A DNA stretch of 64,000 nt from contig OZ037765.1 of assembly GCA_964035545.1 (NCBI GenBank), forward strand, positions 23,187,504 to 23,251,503, written 5' to 3'. Below the pieces are notes generated by a model, which saw only the letters and a list, made by a program, of their open reading frames with translations, was not told the origin of the DNA and did not search any database. Source of the DNA: Bugula neritina (taxonomy: Eukaryota; Animalia; Bryozoa). Both the position numbers and the translations under genes were made by a program. Below, one piece after another: positions 11,697-26,600 of the stretch (positions are counted from its first letter, which is position 1; every line of letters starts with the position of its first letter).

Positions 11697-14600
11697 TTTA
11701 AAAACCCTACTAAGGTTCTATGGCATATATAAACTTTCTGATAATATCCAACATTTCAGCCTAGTACTGGTATAAAGTTCACTATGATCTGTGCAGTCAT
11801 TCTGTTTGAAGACTATGTTGTAAAATTGATGCTTAAGTTAATCACCATTTCATCAATAAGTTCAATAAAAACCAACTGACATTATAATCACCTCAACCTG
11901 AATATATAGGTTTACTATATTTGTTGTAAATCACTTACTTTTGACCTAATTATTGTCTTATATTAATCACATTTACACATCATGGCATTTCAAGTAAAGT
12001 GATTAAAAGACAAATGTGCAAGTTTCTAACTAGCAGTAAGACAGTGACTTATCAATTGATGCAGCTTCACCTTCACAAATGGTAACAGCTTGCAGAGAGA
12101 CCCTATGCATAGAACTTTGACTTTGCAGTGTGAATAGATCAGATTGTTAGAAGCATTATTATTCCCTAAGAAGCAGCTGCTCATCACTGGCTTGACAGTA
12201 ACATGTTTCAGCATAAATTTAATTTATCATATAGATATATTGCATAATCTTAGCAAACCCTAACAAAGCTTGATCAATAGAACATTTAAATTAAATGTAT
12301 AAAACAATGCCAACATTAGACACATCACTGCTAGATCTAAGAAAATCGAATTTGCCTAAATATATGTTCTACACATAAACAAAACCAATTAGTTTTATAT
12401 ATGGACTACAACAATGGACTTCATATCCATGGTGGAGCATTTGCCAGCGTAGGTCTTCATCATAACTATTTCCATAGAACAAAATTGCCATTAGGACATG
12501 ACCCAATAGTGTCTGGGTGTAACAGAGAAATGAACAAGCAGCCCGCTTTGCTTTTAAGCGATTATACTACAGCAAACATAAAATATTTATAAAGTGCTAA
12601 CAAGCATGAAAATATTGAAGTAGTATTAAATACAATTGTATTTGCATATGATAATTTATCGATAGTAGGTAGTGTAATAAATCCACTGGGCCCTGCTTTT
12701 TTCTTACCGTGACTTAATTAGCACATAGTAACAACACTTACTTTTTCAAGTGGTGTACAATCAGCGGAATTAAATGGATTTTGCCTTTTAGGAGGCGATT
12801 TCCAAAATAAAGACATAACAAATTCTCCAAAACTTGTATTTTCATTTTTAACTTCTGGCGGGAGTTCTTGGAGATCAGTCTGGTTGGTTTCTTGAGCCAG
12901 ATCTTCTGAAACTAATGCTGATATGGCTGCATTAGTTTCACATTCATTTGACCAGAGAGTCAAATCTGTTAGGTGACCGAAATCATCACCTTCCTGTTTA
13001 GTTGGGGTAAATTGAGCTGGTCGCCTGGGTGCAGAGACGTAGGAGAATGGACGACTGTCAGTGGAAGAGCTAAGATTATCAGCTTCAATCACATGCTGAT
13101 GGCCCAAAACAGAAGCAGATATACCTTTATCAGCATGAATGGAGATCAATCCATCTGGAAGTTTTGCATCAGAGTTTACATGCTTTGGCGTTGAAGTTTG
13201 AAATAACGGATTTTGCGTACAACTAGCTTCAGCAGTTGTAGATTTCGATGTGGCAAATATAGGTGCACCATTGGGAACACTCTGGCAGTCATCAGACATA
13301 ATAACGCTGTTTGAGATCACCCCATCAAGACATTGTTCTTTTTCTCTACATTCAGAAATAGGTTCTTCTATTGGACAGTTATCACCTGACAAACACTCCT
13401 GGCATTTCAAATCCTCACACTTGGAGTTACAAGTGGAACAAGACTCACAATAACTAACAGAGTTGGTGATGCTATATGATGAACTTGTTCTAGATATATT
13501 GCATGTATAGTTATCTACTTGACATTGTTGATCCTCTCTGCAGGTGGTGCTTTCATTATAAACTGTACTTGATAATTCAGATGAAATGGACTCCAACTTC
13601 TTAACAGAATCCAGCTTTAAATCCTCAGCCGAATCTTTAGATAATAAACTGTGTTTGTGATGGGACTTTGTTGTAGAAACAACACTATTACTCTCTGAAG
13701 AAGGATTGTGGATTATTATTTCAGGACCATTGGCAGCAACAAGATCTGTGGAGTCTTCTCTTCGAGGCAGCAATTTGAAAACGGGTGGGCAGCAGTCGTC
13801 TTCATCAAAGTCAAACTCTCTATTTGCACAAACACTGCTATCTGCCTCTTCGTCATCAGAGCTTCCATAGAACTGAGTATTCCTTCGAGTCAACTGGATA
13901 GTCTTGATATGGTCGTCTGACAATGACTTGAGCAGCCTTCTTAGTGGTGCAGCTGACCGCCATGATTTCCGTTTGTAAAGACCAGGTATAAAACACAAGA
14001 GTGAACGAAGGTTTATACCTCCAGCATCACCCTGGCCTGTGCTGAACATGGCTATAGTGAAAAGATTGGCTCCACATGAGTCAGACAATATCCACCGACT
14101 AATTTCTCAAACCTTTGGATGATTTAAATTACGTGTGAAAACTGAGAAGAGAGCTGAAAATACTACTGCATCGACGTAGTAGCACGGCTGCTTACTGTGT
14201 CATATGCTTAATGAGTTATGACAAAGTGAATACTAATCACCATTATATACATTCTAGTGGGGCTATCCATTGATAGACAGCAGGGAATCAATATACTAGT
14301 GTTGTACTATAGAGCTTGCAGCATTGCAGTTGTGCACATAAAAGGAAACCGAGTAGCTTACAATGAAAATGCACCATATCAAGTGTAGCTACTTGACTTG
14401 AGTATAATTTTTCCACTTTTACAGCACAAATTATCGAGTTTTTTGGAAAAATATTTTATAATAAACAAATTAATGTTCTAAAATAGATCATGATCATGCA
14501 CTGTGCACTGATAAATAGCACTAAGTTTCAAGTTCGTGCCTATACTAGAGTTATATTGAGTGGGTACAAGATTATTAAAGATATTTGAGGTAAATTCATG

Positions 14601-17600
14601 CAAATGACAACTATTCATGCAAAAAATTCTTCTAAGCTCTAGTGGCCATCAATTTGATAAAGAATATTATAGTCTCATTTTTAATTTTTTAGGTCAAGTG
14701 AACTAGAATTTATACCAATAAAATAGAGCAATTACTTATTGGTAAATATTAACCTAACCATTATTGTTACTTCCCAACTACTAGAAGGGGAACTAGTGGC
14801 TATATCAGTTAAATTAAACAGTAATTTGCAGCTGTGTACTCATCACAATTTTAGCAAAAATCAATGAAATACATTAAGGAGAGGCAGCCTTGGTATGGTG
14901 AAAGTTAATCTTCAATATTCGATTGATTACTTACTGTAATAAAATATTTTTGTTTATAATTTAGGCTTAATGCTGTGTTGCAAATATTCTCTGAGAATTA
15001 TTTCACTAAATTGAGGAAATCTAGCCCTCTACTTCCTTCCTGCTAGCGAACTACACCTTAATGATTCTGAATTATTGTACAATCGAAAAGTCATCAGTGA
15101 GAAACACCATCCATTTGAGATCTAAGTGACAAATGTACTAATGGATGTTAATCAACCAAAAATTTCCTGAATACCATTTTATTAAGTATGCTATATAATC
15201 ATTGTGTTTTTCACATCTAGTTTACAATTTTGTTTTTACTGCTGTAAATCTACTCCGAAAAGAATCAGAAATGGTGCGTGGGAAATATAAATAAATCTAA
15301 ATCTAAACTAAAAAAAAAGAAAATTTACCTCAGTTTTGAATAATTACATTGTATATTATTGCAGTTCAATTTTCATAAAAACGCTTATTAAGTGGTCTAA
15401 ATATCACAGGAGTTGTCTTTTCTACAACCACTTTGAGTAATATCTGAAAACTGAGTATTTTTCACTCACCTCACGTAACTGATTTCTTATTTTGTGGAAT
15501 GCCTTTAGCCATCGAACTTTCGCTGGAGAAGGCAATCTGGGATCATAAGCTCCTATTCCAACATGATTCATAATTTCATCACCTTTTTCCATAAGATCCA
15601 TTTCTCCGTCATACTCAGTAGTCTGACTGTGGGTCTCCGATATATAGCTAGCACTGCAGACCAAATATATATACATATATATACATATATATTTATTTAT
15701 ATATATGTATATATATAAATGGTAACAAAGTATGCAATGATTAATACTGCAGAAGATTGTGCTGGTACGTGAGTTCTACAGTAGCAGCTCCACACCTCCG
15801 GTGCTAACATAAAATAATTCACAAGTCCTGATATCAAAGCCTGACAGCCCTAGACTCAACTTCACACTCTCAAACCAGACAAATTTATAGTATTTTGCTG
15901 CTGAATCAGCAAGATAGTATAATGCAATTAGTAATGATTGTTATATGATTTAATAGATGCAATATTACGATGTAACTGATTTTATATGAGGTTTTTTACA
16001 CTGTTGCAGTTAGAAACCTCATCTTTATCAAAATTTTAATAATTTATGCAAATGAAAGTTCATACACCATACACAAATATTAATACTTTTATTATTGTGA
16101 TTATATATAATGTGTTTATACATAGCTCATGTACTAGGTCTAATGTAATGCCCACTCAGAAGCATTTGACCGATAACAATACATAATGTTAAAAAACAGA
16201 TATTACATCACTGATAATTTTTAGCAAGTAGAATAACAAGTGCAAAGTTTTTGTTGCAACAAACTAAAAATGAAGGAAAGGTCATGAATAGGTGACACCA
16301 TTATAAAGATATCCATTTACTCAATATACTGGCTGCTTCAATTGTGTAGCCTATACCACTACAAACTTGGTATATAATACGCAATAAATCTCGAATATTA
16401 AAGATATTCATAATTAAAAATTATCATCTCTAAAAATACCAGAAGTACTTTTTTGGTGGTTCAAAATTGAATGCAACTTCTTACGACTAAATGAGCCTCA
16501 GACAAAGATAAGCAAATATCATGTAAGAACATGTCATACTAGTCTAAACCTCCTATTGAGTATAGTTTAGCCAGCAGTGATTCTATATAATGATAGACTA
16601 TATAATTTTTCCAAAATATTAAAATGAAATTAAGTTGTAACTTAAATGGTCGTCAGAGACATGACAAAAGAAAGCAGTTTAGTGAGTGGATCTCACAAGC
16701 AGACCAAAGTGAGTAAAACAATATAGTGTCAAACTAGGGTTAGTTTTTGTTAGTCAGCACAACAGTTGAGACACAAATAGCTCAGGAAAACTTGCTCTAC
16801 AAAACTTATAACCTATACAATGTAATGTCGGCACAGATAAGCTTATTAGGTAGCATAACCCAAGTTATGCTTCTGGTAAAAAGTTTCTGAAAGCATATTG
16901 GATGAAGGTCGACAAGCGAAGAGTTGGCAAATGCGTTTTCAATTATTCAAATGTCAAAATACACCAAATGAAACCTGTTCTAAAGCAATATTTGGAGAGC
17001 TTTCCAAGATACGAGCTAATGGTGGGAACTTATTAGGAGTATTACTGCATCCCTTTTTCAATATGATCAGGCCATTTATTACTCACATTTTATAGAATTC
17101 AATTTATTTGTAAATTGTGAAGACCAAAAAATATTTTAACCAATAGAAATGCATCAATCCAAAAATTGTTTGCCTGTGTTTTACAGCAGATTATAAAATA
17201 ATTTTTGCCATCTTTAAGTAGAAAAACTTTGTTCACATTTGGACAGCTTTTTTATTGATGGCAAGTAGTGTGGAAAAGGACACAACTTTCACATTAGTCT
17301 AATAAAAAGATTCCTTATTAGCAAGTTTAAACTGGGGCAATCAAGTTGAGGAACCATCTTTTTATGTAAAATGATTGAAAATTTGCACAAAATCTACTTT
17401 TTCTAAATGCAGAGAAAAGTCAAGTAGACAAAAATATTTAAAAAAATTGCAGTACCATGTTTTCATTCAGTGCAGTAAAAACAGATTATAAATTTTATAG
17501 ATTATTCCACATAATTATTTAAAGTTATCTTTGTTTTCAGAAATGAAGTAATTAATAAAACTGAAATTTCTCAATTTGAAATTTGTTACATAAATATTCA

Positions 17601-20600
17601 CAATTAATTGAAGGACCAATTTGTAAAATAATTCATACACTACTTTTCACAGTTTGTAAATTATATTACATTTTTTTCAAGGTTTAGCTATTATTTAGTC
17701 TATAACTACACTAGGCAAATGGTCAGCAGCCCTAAATATTGCAGCCAAGCTGATTTAAAATTTAAATCTTATTTTTGCTGTGACTTTTTGCTTTTGTGCC
17801 AGAAAAAGACAACGCTACTATCTGATGTAAAAGTTTATTTAAAAAGTTGTTTTAGGGCATTGAATGGTTCTAATTATATAATAATATTTTTAAATTGCTA
17901 AACTAACTAAACATTTACTGAGTATCACTTGCAGAATTATATCATTTAATGTATTTTTGTTTTTCAATTAAAACTAGTGATTTTATTACAGCGCTATAAG
18001 CAAAAACTGATACGATGGAAAGCAGAAATCCAAAAGAAATCTTATTTTGAAAGAATACGTCATTATTACTAGCTAACTATACTATCTGAGTATAACTATA
18101 TGGTGAATCATATAGATTTATTATTATATCTATAAGCATTTAAACTCAATACTTGCACGAACTGCACTATAGAAGTTTGCAAATTATAAAATGCGAGCAA
18201 CAATTCATATCCAAACTGTTCCGAAATAATAAGTCAAACACTTTTAAATACAAAATATAAAGCTATGGCATATGTTTCAAACGAAAAAGTGCTGCTCTAA
18301 AAGCGTGCATAGCTGACTTTCATATAGACCTGTTCTAATCCGCTGCAGTAGAATTCATGTGCATATTATTTGCAATAATATTAAGTTTCTAAATTATCTG
18401 CTAATAAAGTTAATCTACTTATTCACTTTTACATCGGTCAGCTATAAGAAATATGCTTGACATAACAAATACACTATAATAGAGAAGATAACTGCTAAAT
18501 TGTATTCTTTTTTACCATAGTTGAAAAATGAACCCAGTGCTAATTACTTTTAATACAAAATATTTCAAGGCAACAGAATAACTTTAGGGACCTGTGGGTG
18601 AAGCCTCAATAGCATTTTGCAAATTACTATATACCATAAACTCTTCTCAAACTGATTTTCACAACAAGACAGCATTTCCCGCAGAAACAGGTCTACATGT
18701 TATGGTCAAGCAACGGAAGTCAATGCATTTGGAATAGCAGTTAGATACTAGACTCTACAGTATTGGTGCGTTGAGTGCTAATAGGGAAGTGTTAAGGTGA
18801 TCAAACATAAACAAGACATGCTGAGCCGAGGCTACGTTACTCAATGCAATACAAAATAATACAACACAAATATAACCTGTCGTCACAATAGTATGGGTTC
18901 ATCTCAACATTAAACCCTGCAGGTTCATTGGACGTTGATATGGCATTCCCATACTCATTCAAATTTGCATTTTGGTCACAAGGTTGTAGCTCTCTAATAA
19001 CATTAATAACACTCTTTATTGGCTAACAACTCACTACAAAATTATATTCAGCAACCCTAGTTTGACACATTTAGTGCAAGACTGTTTCAAAAGTGAAAGC
19101 ATTGAATTTGGAGTTGTCTTTTACAGTTGCTAATGAGACCACTTATGTATATACTTGAAGGTCATTCTGTTCCTCATTGTCTACCCTCTACAAAAGCTTT
19201 TGCAACAGAAATGTCTGAAAGGCTTTTGCATATTCACAGCAAGAATGATGTGTATTCCAAATATATATAACAATAATGTGGAAATAACAAAGAGTGGCCA
19301 AAGATTACTCACAAACTGTAATACTCTGGGTAGTCGAATCTGAAATATTGAGAATAAATCCACTAAATTTACTGACCAACTTACAATGACTAACATAGGC
19401 CTATCAAAGTAAATATGCATATTCATACCTTTGAAAATTTGAATTGGAATTATTTTCAGAATTGTGCCAAGATGGATGACTTCCTGTTGAGACGAACCTA
19501 AAACAGTGTATAAAGTAGTAATCCCAATAAAAAAAGGAGTATTCCTGATTAAAAAGACAATTTTGGTAAACAACAGTAATCATGTTATTTAAACTAGACA
19601 ATGGTCAACTACAATGCTATTAGTTAAATATTTGGAAAAATACAGTTGCGAACAAAAACATCTTCAGAAAATTACAACTCATTTTCATAAAATTTAGAAA
19701 TAGAAATATTTTGTTTAACGATTTCAGTTTGAAACTCTATAACTAAAGTTTTAGCTCAAACATAATAATGTTCAGACACACACACACACGCGCTTGGGGT
19801 AACTTGTGGTATAAATAGAAAACCTGGAGAGCAGAGGTAGAAAAGGTGTTGATGGTTTTTTAAATGTCAATAGGCTTTTTCCTTCTCTTTTCTGGAGCCA
19901 ATTGGGAGAGTTAATAACCCAAAGAGATTTGGGCTTTTCTAATGGAGATGAGACAAACTGAAAAGCAGAATCGTTCTCCGTGAAGGATACACCAGAGTCA
20001 TCTTGTCCCAGTTTATTAACGGTAATTGGTGGTGGAATACTTGGCAAAGACAAGGATATAGAATGCTTTATTGGATTGTGCTTCACATTTGTGTTAGAGT
20101 TTACATCTACTCCATCTTTATCTCCATCAACCGTATGTAACACTGGTGCTACATCAAGTAATGAATCAGGTGTTATACAATGGGAACTGCAATTGGCTGA
20201 AGTTCATATATGTTTGCATGTTTTAGTGTGTTATTTATTATCAGAAAAAAGTTGCGTGGATAAAGGTATAGCAACAGAAAAGCATTAGCTTGAACCAGGT
20301 TCGGTTAGAATCAGGTATATCAGGGAGTTAGCACTAGCCTAAACCAACACCCAATCTAGCAGATTTTGGACTACATAGTATATAGAGACCGCCTATTACA
20401 CTCAGCTAACTTGAATGTGTCCATCAGCACTACCAGCTTCCTGCAATCAGAAGATTCATTGCATCCCATAGTTCAGCCACCGAATTCTTGAGACGTCAAT
20501 GGCTCTAACCCTCCGTGTAACTTCAAAGATCAACTTTATCTAAGAGATCAGTCAACTTTTATTGGTAAAGTGTAGAGTCTCCGTGCAAATATATTGCTGG

Positions 20601-23600
20601 TTACTTCCACTGTTATAAAGTGAATGTACCCTTCCTTTAGTCAAGCTTTCCTTTTAGTATCGTTTTTATCTTTTTATACAGTGATAGTCCAGAATTAGAA
20701 GATGGCTTGTACATTGCAGCTATAACCTCCACAACACAGTATCCTTGTCGAGTTTTCACCTACACAACACCCACATACTCAGCACCCACAGAGTACACCA
20801 TACACACTCTCACACTACTCACCTCTGTTGACTGTTATAAGACATGGGTTCTGACCTTTCACCACCTGACTCTGCATAAAGACTTGGAGAACCAGAATCT
20901 CTAACGACTGATTTACGTGGCATGGGCATAGGTTTGTCGGCAGCTAGCTGGTGCGTGTTACTAGAAGACACCCAGCTTGTTGGTGACCTTGAACCAGCAC
21001 TGTCGTACACGTAGTCCGAGTTAGGATCCGTAGCGTCTAGCTCCAGGCTATACATATACTCACCCGAACCATTGCAATCGTTGTTACCGTTATAATCATA
21101 CGGTGAGTGGGGCAGTTGGCCTTTGCTTCCATTCATTTGATTGTAGCCATACTCATATTGGTAGTCAACTTCTCCATATAAAGAATGATCCCCATTTCTT
21201 CTGTTACACTCATTGGTGGAATCATAGTCTCTTTCATGAAAGAAGTCATGAGGGTGGTCGACCATATCCTCCCCTTCGTAGTGCCCCCTACCCTCAGCAT
21301 GGTGCTGGCTAGATGATATGGAAGGAGGAAAAAGGGGTTTTCTACCACCGAATTGATGTAAAGGAATGTTATTATGGTGAGTTAGAGGAAAGTTAACATC
21401 ACTCGTGTAATCGGAATCAATATCAGAGACAATCGCTAAAAGAGGAAAAACCACCACCATTAATATGACAGCTAGCGAAAGTTAAAGACCAATCCTGAAA
21501 ATATTTTTTCATTTAGTTTCAGTTTAGTTTAGGTTGTTAGATTAAATAGTACAATGGTATGGGAGAAAAATATCAAATACATGACAAGAGTTACCATTTG
21601 ATTGGAACAGGGTCTTCAACTATAGCCATCATATGAACTCTAGGCAAGAGTTCAGATTAAAAGTCAAGTTATATTATGTGTGAGTTAGTATGAATGGAAA
21701 GATTAAGTGCATTAGCATAATGCATAATTATGTGCCATGCAGTGAAAAATAGATGAATAGAGAGTTGCCTGCTCATGCAAAGCTGAGCGATTTAGTATTT
21801 GAAATCCACTAACATTAACTAAATGGATTACTTATGATAGTGATAGTGATAGTCTACACTCTACATGCGAGGGATGCTCTAGCATGCACTATATCAGGCA
21901 ATTTGGGACTATTCAGTGCTAATGGTTCGAGCCTCTGATCATAACATATTAATCCAGTTATATATTATACTCACATGCAGATCTTGAATCCCTTTTATGA
22001 GGAACCTGTAAGCAAAGTAACAATGCACCTATGAATTTCTGAGTTATACATTTTTATTGAGAGAACAACTCTATAGTCTATAATGATTAAATTTACTGGT
22101 TACAAATTAACAATCCCTCCATGAGCATATGATTAGGTGAGCTGATAAAGATTAAGAAACTCCCCAATACTGCATTAACTGATTGCAGTGCCTTAAGATT
22201 CTACGTTGCAGTTTGAAAGTGAGTGCCGATGCACCCACAGGGTTATATTACTACATTCAAACTACTGGTAGCAGCTTGTGTTCATCTTCTATAATCTACA
22301 GTCTACACTATTCTATCATATACTCCATCCACTAAGAAGTATACATGCCAGTATGAAGTAGAGAGACCAGTCAACTGTTGGGCTGCAGTAATTTGATTAA
22401 CAGTTTTATACAGCTCACTCAGATAGTAATGCAAATATTGATAAGTGAGGCAAATACTGATAGCAGGTCAATAAAGTTTTAAGGTACACCATACTGCATT
22501 ATTGAAACACATGTACCACATCCTAATAAGTCAATAAAGCAAACAGTTTGGTTGTTGAAAAACATGTCAGTACTCATCCAATATGCTGCTGACAGGTTGA
22601 ATGAAATGTAAATTAACAGATTACAACTCCAACTAACATCTACAGCACGTATTCATACTAGTATTATTTTATGCGCTATAAATTCAATGCTCCTAATACT
22701 ACTGTAAACGTCTTCATTTTATTATCAAAGTTTGGACGTTCTTCAGGAGGCTTTAATTTTTGAGAGTAAATAGTTAGATTACAATTATAACCAACTGCTA
22801 TAAAACTTCAACAGCTCAGATAATTACCTCCTCGTCGGAAGCCCCATTCCAGCTTTCAAATGCTTCAGCGAAATATTTTGCTTCTTCCTCAGGAATTTCT
22901 AAAATATAAAATCAAAAAAGTTCAAAGACAAGGCACTGCTAACATGTGAATTTGTTTGTAGGCACCATCTTTGCAAGGACCCTGATGGTGTTGATGGCTT
23001 TCAAGTGCATATTGAACTTGTTGTCCTGAACTATGCTGGTAACATGGGATATAACTTGCAGATAACTATGGTCAGATACTCCTCTCTGCTCAATCACCCT
23101 GACAAAATGATGGCTTCAAAAATTATTATTTTCATTTTGTCAACATAGCCTATATATTATATATTTAAATTTGAAAAACATGGGGGAGGGGGGCCAATAA
23201 GGTTTGGAATAAATTTATGGGCTAAAATAAACTTGAAAGAAAGGCTTTGAAAGAAAAAGCATTCCAAAAATGCACCAAACAATAATACAATTATTTGTTT
23301 CTAATTGCATTAAATTTTACCCAATGTCTTTTGTTGGTAGCCTCAAGCATACAAAACAGAAAATAATTAGACCCTATTGACCTGGACTAAGCACTTTACG
23401 GCCATACCCTCTGTAGGTTTATATCCGGTCTTCTTTACAAATGTGTAATTTTATATGCCTTTATGGTAATAATTTGCTACTAAGAATGGATAATAAACTA
23501 ACAAACTACAGTCTGTTGCTGCCAAGATACACCAACGAGTGACTATTTTTATTCCTTCGATTTGGACCACAAGAGTGTCAGGTATCGGATCTGCTTTCAT

Positions 23601-26600
23601 TTCCTGATCATATTGGCTACATGCTTAATTTGTTTGTAAAGATGTAAAATTTGAACTGAATAAAAACAAATTTGCTAAAAACAGTGTTCGTTTGGCAACC
23701 AGAAAGAAATTCAATAAAACTTTGACCCAGCACAAATTAGGTTTTATTTTACTGGCTTGCTTGGCTGATGACCAAGTGTTCCAGAAAGATTTCTCTTTTA
23801 TTAGCAACTTTTATTAGTATTGTTCGACAAATACAAAATGGTGGAATCTAAAATTATTTCTGTTTACTATTAATATTAGAATAGATGCAGCGTAATCAGA
23901 GGACAAGTTTCAAGGTTTGTTGACGTAAATATTCAGCCTTCGAGTTGCATAGCCCCTGAATAACTGGCTGTTAACTTGAAAACATTACTTTGAAATAGAA
24001 TTATGCGTATTGCTATTAAATGGATACCAGCTAATTATGTGCAATTTCAGAAGAATGGAAAATTTGCTGCGTCAGAACTCACTTGGTAAATACGTCATTA
24101 AAATATTGCAAGAATACTACGAAAGCCACCAAGGTCAACTCTTGAGATACTAGCCCTGTATAAACTATCAGAATAAATTACCAATAATTATTTTATGTAA
24201 CATAAGAATTACGTAATTTACTAGTCATACTTTTACGAATTAGAAAAAACACTTCACAGCAGAATGAAATTTATAATGGTTGCCTTAAGCAGCCATTCTC
24301 ACTTCAGAATTACAAAAGCAATAAAAAAATTATAGCCAACTGCAAAAGATTCAAGTAATTGAAAATCTGTGTAAACTCTGCGTAGGAACCGACTGGTACA
24401 CCAGTGTTAAAATGGTGTGATGGATGACCCAGTAAATGTTTATAAAAACTGTGAAAATTTTACATAATGAAGTTGAAATAGCAGAGACGTGATCAGCCAT
24501 AAACTGTGAGACATTAACTTACAAAAGAATGACCGAGATACAATGTATTATTGTGTGATATTACTATGTTACACATTACAATGAAATGAACTGGGGCACC
24601 TATCTCCATAATCTAGCCAGGCAACCGTGTCAATAGGGAATAATAGGGCACAGCATTTACTAAAAGTTTAAAATTTAGGAGTGGCAGTAACTTCAAATGA
24701 ATGTATTTTGAGGTGTGTACACGTAATGTGCTGTCAATATTGAGAGTGAGATGAGCCAGTATTTCTCTTTGACAAGTAGAGACCTAAACTATGCTACTGC
24801 TGCTCTACCACTATATACACTTAATCACCCATATTGGGAGATTAAGCCTAGTAATTCGAAATCAATATTACATTCAGTCTACAAGTGGGCATTAACCCAC
24901 TGCCTTCCTGCAGTATAATTACACGTTGTAACTTGTGTAAAGCATTAGATAACTGTTGAATATTGAGCTATCAGCAACTCATGTATAATGAATTTATTGA
25001 GAAACCAACAACTGTTGGTGTGGAAGTTATCAACTGTTCCACACATTTTCAGGTTAAACAGGAAATTTCTAAAGTAAAACCGTTGGATATTCAATCTGCA
25101 AGATTGATCACTTTAAGAAGAAAAATTAACTTTTGAATATATTTTATAACAGGTTTAGAGATGGGCAGTCTGTGCATGAAGTGAAAAAACTATCAAGGAA
25201 AATAGTTTAATATTTCACAAAGCTGACAGATTCAATTTACGTTATCTTGCCTCTGCAAATCACCATCAACTAATTAGCATAACCAAAACATTGTTTCATC
25301 AAATAGCATCACAGCAGAGTAACGAATGCTGCAAATAGAATTCAATTCCCAATGGAAGACAGAATCACTGACATAGTGGTGATATAAATGTGCCTCATAG
25401 CTCACTGCACCACTTGACACGGTTATTATGAACTCAGAAATTGCTATAGTAAAATATAAGTTACTATGTTACTTTCTAATTGTTTGTATGCTATTGTAAC
25501 TTATGCTAGTTGTAAAACACTATATTATGATGAAAATAAACAACACACCGACAACAAAAAAAGTAACTGAATACTCAAAGTTTTCGTTCATCATATGTTT
25601 ACATTATATTTAGAAGACCTAGCTTACCGAGTGGTAGTTCAAATCTGGTGTCTAAGAGGATACGATGGCCAGACACCCCCTCCGTCCTGATAACCTGGTC
25701 CCCCTGCATAACCACATCAGAATCTGCAGTCATCCACTCACCAGCTCCTTCCTACCAACAGTAGTATTGCAACTTACTGCATAAACTATCACACTTATTA
25801 GTAACCTGACTGGAATAATTCCTGAGATTTAATGAGCTAATGGTTTAGCTAATTATATAGCAAGGTGGTCAACAGTATGTTACATTATACACGTTGCTGG
25901 ACAATTGCTGCTAAAAGCTTAATTGCTTTGGGAATTTTGTCTCAGAAACCGAGTGCCAACTTCTATTTATGCTTGTAGTTATGCAGTAGTAATTGGCAAC
26001 AAAAGCACCAAGTGTAGGATTCAGAGGGCAAAAAAAGTTCACGAGGAGCCAGTACCATCTATAAAAGAAGTTTTTAAAAGTAATTTCTAGATCAATTGTT
26101 CCATCACACACTTACACTTTGTAAAAATGGAAATTATGTATTTCTCCAGCTCAGGCAAAGCAGTTTGTTATAAATGTATCTACAAGTTGGATACAAAAGC
26201 ATCTCCTACTTTTTAGTAACTAGAGCTTATAAATTGACATTGATTTTACATACAAATCATGTTACTTGACTCTTCAGCCTACTCACTCCTCATAGCTTGT
26301 GTTAATCAGACTGTGGCAACACAGAAGAAGTACTATTATGGCTATAAGGGTGTGTGAATGATGTAACATAGATAATAGTCTTTTAGTCAGGTCAAGGCTA
26401 GCCTAAGTATCTCAAAGATCCATTGAAGTCATCTTCACTTATTAGATAACAATCCTTTACAAAATACCTCATTTGAACTTCGAATATCCTGAAGCCTGAT
26501 AAGTTTGGCCCCCAACTTTGTGTCCCATATCATCCCTTTGTCCCACACCTCCACCAGCAAACATGAGTCCAATTTATTGGTTTCGCTAAAATGCAAATCA

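Noticed and set aside
12973-13920. Plus-strand ORFs overlapping the large alternative UNC13 exon
   Set aside because: Antisense shadows of a coding exon, with no independent support.
16850-17100. Repeat-like segments in UNC13 introns (also about 11260-11550)
   Set aside because: They look like transposon remnants, but no termini, TSD or second copy could be shown in this window.
19181-19573. 130-aa minus-strand ORF in a UNC13 intron
   Set aside because: Composition typical of AT-rich non-coding DNA, no recognisable motif, and no phase-compatible splice pair found.
21595-21639. 45-nt exon-like segment between UNC13 exons 7 and 8
   Set aside because: The required phase creates stop codons.
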